Assembly (NCBI GenBank): GCA_032718475.1
Contig: JAUCBJ010008144.1
Location: 1-39,044 of the forward strand
From: Nemertoderma westbladi
Taxonomy: Eukaryota > Animalia > Xenacoelomorpha
Length of the DNA stretch: 39,044 bases
Direction: 5' to 3'
Each line of letters begins with the position of its first letter. The stretch's first letter is position 1. This document shows, piece after piece, positions 10,794 to 22,915 of this stretch. The notes beneath the pieces were generated by a model. The model was not told the DNA's origin. It ran no database searches and was given only the letters and a program-made list of their open reading frames with translations. The position numbers were made by a program, and so were the translations under genes.

Positions 10794-13375
10794 TATTTGC
10801 TATGAAAGTATTATTTGTTCTACCTGTAAGCAAGGTAATTGGTTTTCAAAGATTTCCCGTGCGCAAATTAAAATTTTGAAATTAAAATACCTTCCATGCC
10901 TCATAATCAGTTTCTGCCTAAACCCCTTCAGGTTGGCTAGAGCTGCTGTAAAGTACGGGACGTGAAGTGCGGGACAAGAAATGGAAAACATGATAAATAG
11001 AAGGAACAATGCTAAAGGTGGTACAATATTCACATTCACTTCACAGTCACCGATTACACATTTCCCAACCCCATACTTATATAACATTTAGATTAGATGA
11101 GGCGAGTTTATTTCAGTCATAGATGCTACAGCACATAGAGTATTACACTATTACAGTATATATGTATAACTTGTATAACAATATGCAAATAACGGTATAT
11201 TATAATGTCTTTGTATTTAATATATTATGTATTTCTTTTAAGTCACTCGTACATAATGCCAATACCATAAAATACGACGGAATTCGTCATTCTATGTTTT
11301 TGAATTACTTAAATACAGGGGGCGGACTTAGGCAAGGTGGTGGGATGCTGGTGTATGCATTCCATTGGTTTGGCGTAGGCGGTTAGATGAATTTGGGAAG
11401 CCCTGTGGGGCCAAGGCGACCTTTACTAAGCGCTATTTAAGGTCGCCTTGGAGTGGGCAGGGCAGTACTTCCATATATGTACTGTACACTGCTAAAATGC
11501 TTCTACTAGTTTGCTGGGGTATCGCAGTGAGCGCACTGTACGTGGCTTCCCTGTAATAATAATTAAACCCTCCATGCACGTTGAACTGAGCTCTGACAAT
11601 GCGCGCCCTAGCGGCAGACAGAGGAACTGTAAAAATCTGTCTCTCTGTAGAATTTCTAATTATTAGGAGCCCGCTCGACAGCGGGATACTTACTGTAAAA
11701 ATCTGCAGGATACTTACTGTAAAAATCTCAGGATATATAACACTGACTGACTGACTGATAATTATCTAGGTTCAGGCACTTCCTGCCTGGCGATTTTGAT
11801 GAAATTTTGCAAGTAGATTGCTTTGGTGGTTCATAATCGCGTTACTAAATATCAGATCGATTCTATGTGTGGTATTCGATATATTTAGTTTTTTGACATT
11901 ATTTTGTCGCAAAATTAAAAGCAATGGTAAAATAACAACTCCTGCCTGAGCTGCAGCAGCTAGCTGTGGAGTAGGAACGGTGGAGTGCAGGGCTGTCTGA
12001 GATAGAATTCCATCCAGGCGGAATTTCTTGACTTTGACTACACACTTCCTGCCTGCCTTTGCCTTGTAGGAGCAGCGCTGCTGGCTGAGTCGACACTTCC
12101 TTATCAGCTCTCAGGTATAGACAGTAAATAGTTGAGTTGTCAGTAAACATAATAAAATATACAACTGCAGTAGGATTATATTATTATTCCACGAATCCTT
12201 GGGCTGATTACTTTGTATAGGATATTTGTAGAATGTTCTTAAAAATAATATTCTTATTTTTATTATTACATAGGATTAGCATCATTTTTTAGCTGAAGCA
12301 TTAATAGTGTAAATTATTGAAGGGGGGAACTGTCCCCCCTTTTCACTTTGACTGATTTGCGGTTTTGTTAAATTTCTTGGTTATAGTTGTTGTGATGCTA
12401 AAATTTAATTGGTCTTTGATAATGTAATATTTTGTTTCATATCGTTTAGACCTTCAATTTTCATAATATTAGTTGAGTTTTTGTTTATACATTTGCTCTA
12501 TAATACTGTATATTATATAATTTGTATTTATTCAAAAAATTGAATGAAAGTGTTAAAGTGTTATACTATTATTATCTTAGTAGAACTACTGACACAAATG
12601 TAGAACAGCTAGGATATTTGAGCTTTGTTTGTGTTTTAGTTTTAGTAACTGTAGCTACCCCTTTCTATTGTTAGTTTTGTTCTATAATGCAGCATTGGTT
12701 GATTGCCTTAGTAGCCGGTGTTGTAATATTCGTATGGAAATGGAGTCTGCACTTATAATATAGGGTGGTTCTAGGGTGGGTTCAGGGTCATCACTCGCTC
12801 GGTGTCCTGGTTGTGCATCAGGGCATTTTTTCATAAATATTCGGTAATCTTATATCTTGTAAACGTGCTTGATAATGAAATTATTTGCCTCATATTATAT
12901 TTTTGTTAGTGGTAGCAAAGTTTAATTTTTTATTATGTGGGACCATCCACAAAGTCAGCTAGCCTCACGCCTTAGAGTTTAGACAATTGTTTAGTTTAGG
13001 CCTACTTACTAGGCCTACAGCTGACTAACATAGTTCATTTGTAATATTCTTGGCTAGGATTCTTCCCCCGGGCTCCTTTCAGCCAGCTTGCTGGCTGTCT
13101 TTCTACATAGTTAAGCAATGCTCGTAGGTTGGTAGGTTACTACAACCAAATTTCAGATGAATCTGATGGTTGGTTCTATAATTACACCTACATTTATGTT
13201 TCTGTTAATTCGCCCCCTAGCGTCTGACAGAGGAACTATAAATGTAGGTCTGTGTGTAGAATTTAAAAACCTTTGATAGACTACATGTGTACCAAGTTTG
13301 GTTCCATTTAATCCACGATTGACCTACTTATTAGCTTTCAAACATTAAACCCAACCAGCCACAAACAAACTAATA

Positions 13376-13471
13376 ATATATTGCATTGTGTTATCACTGG
13401 AGCTCTGCTCGAGTTCCCGCAGCTCTGCGGGAACTCGAGCAGAGCTCCAGTGATAACACAATGCAATATAT
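13376..13471. repeat. Perfect palindrome, 47-bp arms with a 2-nt spacer
   Basis: 13376-13422 is the exact reverse complement of 13425-13471. Confidence 0.95.
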
Positions 13472-13478
13472 ACAGTAA

Positions 13479-13707
13479 AGGCCATGATACACCACAGGAG
13501 TGGCGAGCGGCAGCGGCGGGCGGCCGTGGCGAGCGGCCGTTGTGAGCGGCGACTTTTAGTATGATACACTATAGGAGCGGCGAGCGGCAGCAGCCATTTG
13601 TGGTGTATCATCACCCATAGAAAATAATCTGTTCTATTTTAAAAAGTGGCCGCACGCCGCGGCCGCTTGCCGCTGCCGCTCGCCGCTCCTGTGGTGTATC
13701 ATGACCT
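13479..13707. mobile_element. PIF/Harbinger (Tourist-like) MITE
   Basis: TIRs AGGCCATGATACACCACAGGAG / CTCCTGTGGTGTATCATGACCT, a TAA TSD (13476-78, 13708-10) and internal copies of the TIR motif. Confidence 0.85.
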
Positions 13708-15229
13708 TAACTGTAGTATTATTTTTCTGTGGTGTGCTTGTGCATTATTTGAGTGTATTACTCAATAGTATTGTAACTGGCTGACTGGTATTATTTGTTA
13801 CTAATTACAGGTATATTGTTAATAATTTTAGGGGTGTAGTCAGATTTTTTTTGAAGTGTTGACTACGTGATAAATCTGTTTCAAAATTATCTCAAAATAA
13901 TAAAATTTAAAAATTAACTGGCAGTCTAGAAATTGGCATTGGAAGGACATATACATGAATAATCTATTTGTGTAACATATAGTGTAACAAATTTGATAAC
14001 CTGGACGGATTATGTGCTGATACATCAAAAGTGGATTTATTGAACTATCAATAAACAATTAGTTTAATTTAGCCAATTAAATAATTTAGCATAAAATTCA
14101 TTTTCGTACGAATCCCGTACTTAACATGGGTCCCTCTCCAGTCATTATTAACCTACAGTATAGTAGGCCTACTAGTTGAAAGCCTACATTATTACTAAAA
14201 TTCATTCACCTGGAATAGTAATAATTACCATTCGCCTCGCCCATACCTTTGCTGATGCTATCAACTGTAAGAAATATTTAACATACACTAATGCTACCCT
14301 ATGATGAATTTCAAGTTTGTAAGGGACTGGAGTCAGGAGTTTAGGAAGTAGGGCCTAAGCAAACAGTATGGGTGTACTAAGTACAATAATCTTGGCAACC
14401 TCATCGATTTATACTAAGCCTGAGTAGAAATCCATTACATAAGCCATTTTTCATCATGAACACCAGCTGTTATTGGTGTTATTTTGTCATTGCGTCTATG
14501 GCACTTTTCGTTTATTGAATTTTTTGCAAAAACTAATGACTGTATTTTTCTGAAAATTGCTTTATATGCCCATTCAGACCATTCAATACAGGAGGGTAAA
14601 AAATAACACAATTGACCGGATAGTTTCGGAGCCTTTCTTGTGACAAACAGACAGTCAGACAGACAAACAAACAAACAGACAGGATTTTCTTACAGAAAGG
14701 AAATCTGAAGATTTACAAATAAAACATTTCAACGATCCAGTGCTTAGAATTCAATCAGCTGGCCTCCCCCCTAACATAGCAGTGGCGGTATTAATTGCAA
14801 TTCGATTAGTGTCTTTGCTTCTGAGAGACGAACACAGTTAATAAAAGGTCAAACACATATCTGATATCTCATTATTGAGTGTTTGAAACTCGGAATATAG
14901 TAATCTTCTAATCTTCTAAATAATTAATAATATAATAAAATAATAAATAATAATAATAATAATGATATTCTCCATAATTGATGTAAATGTAAACGGAGTT
15001 AAAATAACGGAACGGAGAAACTAATTTTGAGAGCATTCACAGTAATATCTATAGTATAATAGATACTGTACAGTGCTACTGTAGACTAGCAAGCCTGGTG
15101 CGCGAAGGGCCTGGTTTGCTAGTCTATTACTAAGCAAACATATAAAGACTAAATTGAAACACAACTTACTGACTGGTTAGAAGTAGCGAGTAAAGCAGTA
15201 GTAGTTCTAAAGACCTACTGTACTTACCA

Positions 15230-16092
15230 GATATCAAGAGTAAAATATCGAGGGTTGAAAAATATCGAGAGTAAAAATATCGAGTGTTGAAAAATATCGA
15301 GTGTTGAAAAAAATCGAGTGTAAAAATATCGACAGTAAAAATATCGAAAGTAAAATATCGAGAGTAAAAATATCGAGTGTTGAAAAATATCGAGAGTAAA
15401 AATATCGAGAGTAAAAATATAGAGTGTTGAAAAATATCGAGAATAAAAATATTCCATTTTGCGTGAGCATATTATTTAGGATTATGGGACAATATTGCCG
15501 TTCATTGGTTAGTGCAACAGTGCAACAGTGCAAGAAGTGCAAATAAATGCCATTAATTTACCTTGGCTACCCATTTACCAGATTTATTATACTAGCTAGT
15601 TTTTGCTATTTTTTTAATAAATATTATAGAAGATGTGCTAGCTATAAATTTTGATAAATATTTTTGTTCTAGAACACATTTTTTAGTTCTAGATCACATT
15701 TTTTATTGTTTAGCTTGTTAGTATTTTCTATTTCTTTTTATAAATGTTATAGAACACGTGTAAGCTGCCAATTTTGATAAATATTTTTGTTCTAGAACAC
15801 ATTTTTTTGTTCTAGAGCATATTTAAGAAAAAAAATATCATACAAACCCTTATTAAACAATTTTTACGATATTTTTACTCTCGATATTTCTCAACACTCG
15901 ATATTTTTACTCTCGATATTTTTCAAGACTCGATATTTTTACTCTTGATATTTTTACTCTCGATATTTTTACTCTCGAAATTTTTCAACACTCGATATTT
16001 TTACTCTCGATATTTTTCAACACTCAATATATTTACTCGCGTTAATTTTACTCTCGATATTTTTCATGTCTCGATATTTTTCAATATAACCC
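15230..16092. mobile_element. Foldback-like element with inverted minisatellite arms
   Basis: Tandem 15-18 bp units AAAAATATCGAGAGT / AAAAATATCGAGTGTTG at 15230-15452, and their reverse complement at 15862-16085, surround a ~400 bp AT-rich core. Confidence 0.8.
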
Positions 16093-16147
16093 TCAAGTCA
16101 AAATACTTAAATATCACATTATCATAATAAGGCAAGAATAATTGATA

Positions 16148-16618
16148 CTACTACTAGGTCGAGCGAACTCGGACAGTGGAAATGAGATCCTTCCAGGCTT
16201 CCCGATTCTCCATAGTTGTCGCAATTTCGTTTCTCCCAAGTTCAGTATCCCTTTCAAGTTGATCTATATATGTTATGGCCGGTCGTCCACGACTACGCTT
16301 TCCATGAGTTAGTTGCCAGAGAAGTAGATCTGGTATGACCTCGTCTTTACTTCGCCAGCAGTGCCCACTGAATCTTAATCTGCGTTCACGGAGGGTGGTT
16401 GATACAGGTGGTATTGTACCATAAAGCTCGGCGTTTGTCATGTGTTGTCTCAAGCTGATTTTTAGGGCTGCCCTAGTAGTCTTGTGTAGCAACCATCAAT
16501 TCGTTGTTCAAGTGATTTAGTCAGTGTCCAGGTCTCACCCCCGCATAAAAATACACTTTCCACTGTGGCTCGAAAGAACTTAGTCTTCAGGTGCCTGGAG
16601 AGATCTGATTTCCAGATG
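16148..16618 (-). mobile_element. RTE-clade LINE fragment, 3' part (split by the BEL insertion)
   Basis: IWKSDLSRHLKTKFFRATVESVFL..ETWTLT...RERRLRFSGHCWR...GKRSRGRP is the RTE RT C-terminus. It has a short (TAG)n tail and a left TSD copy AATAATTGATA at 16137-16147. Confidence 0.85.
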
Positions 16619-17771
16619 TGTTCGCGCTTTCAGACCTTTAGCAGTTTAACCTGCCAATTTTAGGTGTCCTCTTGTTTATAAATCGACTTTAGCCTATAAC
16701 AAGTATCCAGTGCACATGAAGCAACATTAGCCGAAGCCAGTCTATGCGCGATCATTCACCCACAGTTAAGGGAGACTGGATTCGGATGCTTTGAAGTGAT
16801 TGCGGTGCAGACCTACGGTATTATTCGATTGATCGTTACTATATAATCTCTGACAATATTATTCACTTTCGGGGAAATATTAACAGTCCCTTTAGGACGT
16901 GGCGCTTTAAGTATAAAAACAGAGTTATGACTTATACTAAACACAACGAGATGGCTACTGATTTTCGTAAATAGCGCATTCTTTAGGAGATGCTTTATTA
17001 TCTGTCACACTACTGCATACGACTTCACACTGCTGCACACTGATCTGCCGACCGTCACTGAATTTGATAATATATAAGGAGGATAGCAACTGACACATGT
17101 AGGGAGAAATAGCATTTAATTCACACTAAAACCACTATAATGTAAGTCGCAATTGCTACAGGTAACCGGTCCCTCTTACCTTCAGTAATCAAGAAGATTG
17201 GGGTTTTATGATTATTTATCAGTATTCTCCAAATATAACAACATATCCATCAACATATAACAATTAATAACAGACAGTAAACAGAAGTAAATTAGTGATT
17301 GTTTTATTATACAGCAATGTTTCAGTTCAGATGTGTGACCAGGTAATAGATTTACGTTCTTGTAATCAAAGCCGTCTAATGTTTGGCCAAAGTCTGAAAC
17401 TTCTACAGAAGTACAGAAGAATTTCCTAAGCCGATGTTCTGAGGCTCAGAAAGGTAAACAAAAACCATAATGCATTGCGCGGTTTTCCATAGGCCTCTGT
17501 ACAAGATAAAATGAAAATCGCTCTGATTGGCTGAGCTGAGCGAGCTGAACAAAGAGATGTTCCACGTTTACAGTAAATCAGCTGACAGATTTCGTCATCT
17601 GAGTTCCAGTCTTTTAGAGTATTAGGCGCATTGTGGCAGAAAATGGCTTATTATGTCCGCTAAAACACCCACACGGTACATTGCGGAGAAAATGGCTTGT
17701 TATGTCCGCTAAAACACCTACACGGCATATTGCGGAGAAAATGACTGGTTATATCCGCAAAAGCTTTTACA
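16619..17771 (-). repeat. BEL 3' LTR (1153 bp)
   Basis: Direct repeat of 37010-38116 (TGTTCGCG...TTTTACA). On the minus strand it is preceded by the short purine-rich tract GGGAGCGG (17779-17772), a candidate PPT. Confidence 0.97.
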
Positions 17772-17849
17772 CCGCTCCCAGAAAATGGGATTTAATTCTA
17801 TAAAATATAAAAAATCACAGTTTCTAAAATATAAAAATACTCTAAACAG

Positions 17850-20800
17850 TTAGTCTTTCTTACGCAAACGGCGTTTACGCAGTTTTTTGAGGCTAGCAAG
17901 AGTCCTTTTCTCTTTGGGGCGAGCCACTTTACTAGGAGGGCTATAACTCCTGGGTGAAGGGTGCAATACAATTGCATCGGAAGGTTTAGGATTACGGTCG
18001 GTGTATCCGCCGGTCGAGGTACCCGGTTGATCGATATCAACCTCAGTGGAGCGAGGTCGAACAACCTTCAGAGCACGTTTCAAGACAGCAGCTCTTACTG
18101 GTCCCTGACGATTCGTCTGCATGAGAGCGGTAGGTGGACTGTGAGTAGTGAGAAATTTCCTCGGTTTGATGGTTCTTTCTAACTTGCGTTCTCGGGCTCT
18201 ATATTCATAGGGTCGTCTATGAACTTCCTGTAGTTCTGGATGCGAGTTGATGAACAAGTCACCATATTCCGGATCTTGACGAATGAAGTTGATCAAGTTA
18301 TTGGAATTAAGATCGTTGGGATTAATGTTCCTGAGATATTTACGAACAAATTTGGTCGAAATATTCTCGCCAACACGCTTCATTAGTTCGTAACTTGGTA
18401 TGCAAGATTTTTGTTTAACGGACGCGAATAGATACGGGTGGAATGCATAAACTCCTTCGTAAGCACGTCCAGGGTAATAGCGATGACGTGACTCACAATG
18501 TAAATCCGCGTTCGCTTCCCAGGCTCGGATGTAGCGTAGGGTAATCATTTCATCTACGCTTTCCAGATTGCGGTTGAAAGGGCAATCAAAACTTGCATGT
18601 CCTTTAAACTGACAATGATGGTATTGAGTCATAAATTGGTGGCAGACTGCAAAAATGTGCAAGTTATTGAGTCTACAATACGCACAATAGATCTCCATTG
18701 TAGGCTGTTCATGGAAGTAGGAGCAGGGTACGTTGGAGTCCACAGGGGTGAAATGGTCTCGAGATGCGCATAATCGGCAACGTTTCCTAGAGACATAATT
18801 GGCATGCCGATAATCGTACGCAGTGAGACATTGTGGACCTTGATACCATTCTAAGACATAGTCATTGTCACTGCTCCGGGGCGCTGTGGGCTGAATCTCC
18901 TCAGATTCTAAGCATATTGGTTCGTCTTCCAATTGCATAGCTGAGGTAGGTGTGGCTGTCTCCTCAAGCGAACCCAGTGTCTGAACTTCCACGATAGAAT
19001 AACCCGTGGGGATTCGAGGTCTTTGTATAACAGAGGAATGTAAGTTCTGTATACAAACATCCTTGAAAATGGCGAATCCAGCGCTGTCTAACTTCTCAGC
19101 AGCTGAGTCTCTTAGGCTGAGCTTGGTCAGAGCGCGGTCCTTGAACTGACTATCAACGTTATGGAACAGAGTCAGAAAGCGCCTAAATCATTCGAAGCGG
19201 ATGAATTTATTGTGTTCATCTAGCTTGGCGAGTTTGGTTCCAAGTATTAAGGGATGGGCGCATATAGTACGACTGCACACATCGGCTAGCCAACCGGCAA
19301 GTGCGGCGTTCTCGAAGATAGTGTATATAGCTAATGAGGGACGAAGTGGAACACTCATGAAGCTATACACGACGCCAGGTGCGGTCAATGGTCCGTCAAA
19401 GTATAATCGAGAATAATGATCTCCATATACTTGTTGATAGTTGATAGGGTTTCCGACTTTGAAATTCCATCCGTATTCTTGAAAGGCAAGATGTCTGATG
19501 GAGGTTCATTGTACTTTATTGATGCCGCTGGGTGTATTGGCATACATAGTTCGGAAGAAACCTCGGCCTTCTGCCCAGGGAGCAATCAGCTGGGTATCTA
19601 CGAAAGGATATGGGATATTCTCCATGTTCCTAAAGTCGTTTTGGAGATCTCCATAAACAGCTGAGCCGATTTTAAGGATTCTTTCGTTAAACAACATCTC
19701 GAGCACGGGCTGGGGTAACATCGATCCATCGATACCCATGGCCGGTTTGCCCTCGGTGTCGGTGATGTAACGCTGCGCAAGTTCGAATTGTCCATGTCGG
19801 AGTTTCTTTTGTATCTTGGTGAGGGTCTCAAAAGAATAATCAATCACGTCGGAACACGCTCGAGTAAACACGTGGGTAGAACCAGCTAGTCCTCGCATAT
19901 GTATCATGCGCGTAGTTCCCAGTTCTCCAACCGGAACGCTACCTTCGTTATCGTAAGTGACAACTCCATACATTTCGATAACGTTAAGAGTTTCGTTCCA
20001 CTCTTTAGTGGCGTTTTCTAGGGTCATCCCCACTGGATGCCACAAGGTGGCGCATTCGCTAGCGTTAGGTAGATCCCTATACTTCAGATACCGTGTAGTA
20101 TACGTCTCTACATCTCCATATCATTGTATTCTCTCCTCGTCGAATAACACGTCGAGATTCCAGTGGACTAATCGTGTTTTGATAAATCCATCGAGATTAT
20201 ACGGAGGCATTATATCCTTCTCTATTCTGGAAACATTGTAGGGTTTTCTGAATGAGTTTACTTTCACTAACTGATCCAGATGTTTCTGCAGTTGTTCGAG
20301 TTCGACAATATCGAGAGGATTTATTAGTGGTAGAAACCTTAGACTATGTGTAGGATTGTCCGGTTTTACCATATAATATTGAGTTAGATTGACATAATAA
20401 GGGTGATCTTTGATCCCATAAAACGAGTTCGGCAAAGGTCTAGCGCGTATGTTGACCTCGTGTACCATACGACGGACAAGATCCGCTCGATTGTCCGGAG
20501 GTTCAACGAGTATACCGTCGACACGAGCGGCCTCGATTGGCGGACGCTGTAACATAGGAGTGTCAGCGATAAGATCTCGAGATCTTAGGTTGATATCAAC
20601 CGGTTGGGGTTGTACCGTTGCGAAGAGTTTGTCTCCGAAATGGGGAACCATCGAGGGATGAATGATGGTTTTGGAATAGAGTTCAGTCATGAGGATTTGA
20701 GCTTCTGGTTGGGCTAAAGCTGCTTCTTCTCTCTCATCCATTTCGATGTGTTTCTCCTCGAGCTGATTTTCCTCCGCTTGTCGTTGTAAGCGTTCGTCTA

Positions 20801-22102
20801 AAACTCTTGTAGAGAATAGGTTCGTCCAAGTTCGATGTCTTCCTCGAGGTTCTGGATTTCTCGATCGAACTGGGGTAAGGCCAACTCCTTCACCGCTTGG
20901 ACTTGTTGCTGCAATTTGCTTTTCTCTAAACAATCGTAAGTTCCTTTTCCGATCTTCTGCCGAATAGCGTCTAACGCGTTTCGTACAACGCTCTCCTCAA
21001 CTTCGGTGACGGGTTGTATCGGGGTTAAACCGGGACGATTGTACGGGTTGAACGGCGATATTAGATGTCCGCGTCCCAATCCGGCTAGGTAGGATGGGCG
21101 AATATCTAGCGAGCACACTACCAGAGTGCCACCGATTAATTGTTCGGGTAACACAAGATCTTTGAACAGCGAGTACAGTTCAGGAGGATCCGTTATACTA
21201 TTAGGATCAAGAGTTTGAGGTCTCACTAGGGAATGAGGAGGTCTGACCGAGTATTCCGGAACTCTGATCATGGGTTTATTTAAGGATCGTTTGAGTCGAG
21301 TGAGCGTAGGTGATACGTCGAACAAGTTTCGCTCAAAACTCCCGTAAGTACAGCGAGTAAAACTGTGTTTAGCGCAACATCTCCGAGGATGTTTATGTCT
21401 TTCCATTTGTTGGTTGGGTCTAGGGCATTCATCGCAATAATACCAAAGACACACGTCCTGTAGGGGAAACGCGGGTGATCGTTCTCCAGTTTTACAATAT
21501 TCCTCCACCTGTTCGAAGCTATCCAGGACAACAGGTAGCGGTCGATCGGCGGTAAGATACATCATAGTGAAATAGAGCCGTTTGAGTTCTATCATAGGGT
21601 CATGATGTATACCTTGAGGATATCGAGTTTCTAGATTTTGTTGGCTGGCAATATTGAGATATGTTTCTCTCAAGAATTCCAGATATTTGTTGAAGTCGCT
21701 GCGTTTATCCGGCTCTTCAACATCTTCTCTTTCGAGTCGGTTTCGAATAGAATTCTCGTGTTCGATTCTCGGTTTATCGTTCCGACTCTGCTGGGTATGA
21801 TATTTAAATAGAACCATTTCCCTTTCGGTGTCTACATCGTCCGTATCATGTAAATCGATAGGATGGCCAGTAGTTAAGAAGTCCATATACGTACCATTAC
21901 GATGCGTATAGCGAGCGGTGAATTTTCTATAGTCCAATTCACGCGTGAGTTGTTCCTTGGACATTGGCGGTTCGATATAATGGCCATCGTCCTCCGTAGT
22001 AGTTGGACTAGCGTCGCCGCGTATTAAGCTATCAACAAACGCTTGCAATGGTAGGGTATATCGCTCCCTGATACCAAGATCGTCTTCTATCAACTCAGTC
22101 AT
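17850..22102 (-). pseudogene. Accessory ORF of the BEL element (~1,417 codons reconstructed): Cys/His cluster, coiled coil, DEDDy-like 3'-5' exonuclease, CCHC knuckles, basic tail
   Basis: ORFs 20121-20933, 19506-20045, 19188-19388 and 17850-18992 share one frame separated only by single TGA codons (20121, 19506, 19188). ORF 20798-22102 joins them by one frameshift near 20810. Exonuclease-like motifs: VVTYDNEG, LPQPVLEMLFNERILKIGSAVYGD, FVDTQLIA, TSIRHLAFQEYG, LAIYTIFE. Confidence 0.8.
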
Positions 22103-22915
22103 AGCTGCTATATGAGTTTATCAATATTATAATTAATTATAATTAGGCTAGCGGGCATCGCTGCCTACCCCTCACTGCCCCCGGACAGCGCAAGATCCTC
22201 AGCGCCGATGTACTGTTGTCGCGGTGCCTATCGCCAACGTAGTAGCTACACAACGACAACAATAACCAGCGCGAGTCACTCCACTGTCCGTCCCAAGGGC
22301 TTAGATTTACTTCAGGTTCTTACTGCAGAGGTAGGGCTACTTTCACAACTGCGACTAGCTACTGTAAACACACTTTAGTAGCAACATTCATCTATAAACG
22401 CACAAATTCCACACAACTGTCACAAATTGTACACATTCGGGCCATTTGTCCATTAGTCAAGTGCCTTCCAGAATGCCACGTTATTATTATGTATCCTTGG
22501 ATACTAGCAGTGCGCTATTTATTCCGTATGCTATTCAATGGGGCAAGCTTTCTATTGTTCTTTTAACTCGCTTCTAATTCTAGCGTGGTTGTTGCTATGG
22601 TGACATTATGGAAAGCTAGCAATAGAATTAGGGTAATTCTCATGCATACAGATCTGGGATGCTATTTAATAGTAATTCTTTAATTGTCAATATTCCCCTT
22701 TATACATGATTTTATGAATTTTATCGGCTATTGACTATATATTGGAGATTCTCTCACACTAATATACTTAATAGGGTGAATCTCCGCTCCCATGATCTAT
22801 TAATTAATGGAATTTTGGGAATGTTATAAATTGCATAAAATGACAATTTATCAAATTCATGAGAGGATATGAATTTAAAATTATTCCCATAAATTTTATT
22901 ATTTAATATTAAATA

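Noticed and set aside
11940-12120. GC-richer island with CACTTCC motifs ending in CAG|GTATAG, a possible non-coding first exon of the GTPase gene
   Set aside because: Plausible, but nothing in the sequence links it to the gene; transcript data are needed.
11600-14700. Dispersed repeat fragments (11601-11655 vs 13211-13265; CTGA and ACAG/ACAA microsatellites), possibly Helitron/Helentron-derived
   Set aside because: Boundaries and class could not be established from the sequence alone.
15224-16127. ORFs 15224-15457, 15234-15542 and 15945-16127; CRISPR-like periodicity
   Set aside because: They are translations of a minisatellite. There are no unique spacers or cas genes, and the context is eukaryotic.
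17850-22102. Accessory ORF as a retroviral-type env
   Set aside because: No signal peptide, fusion peptide or transmembrane anchor is visible; the motifs point to a soluble nuclease or RNA-binding protein.
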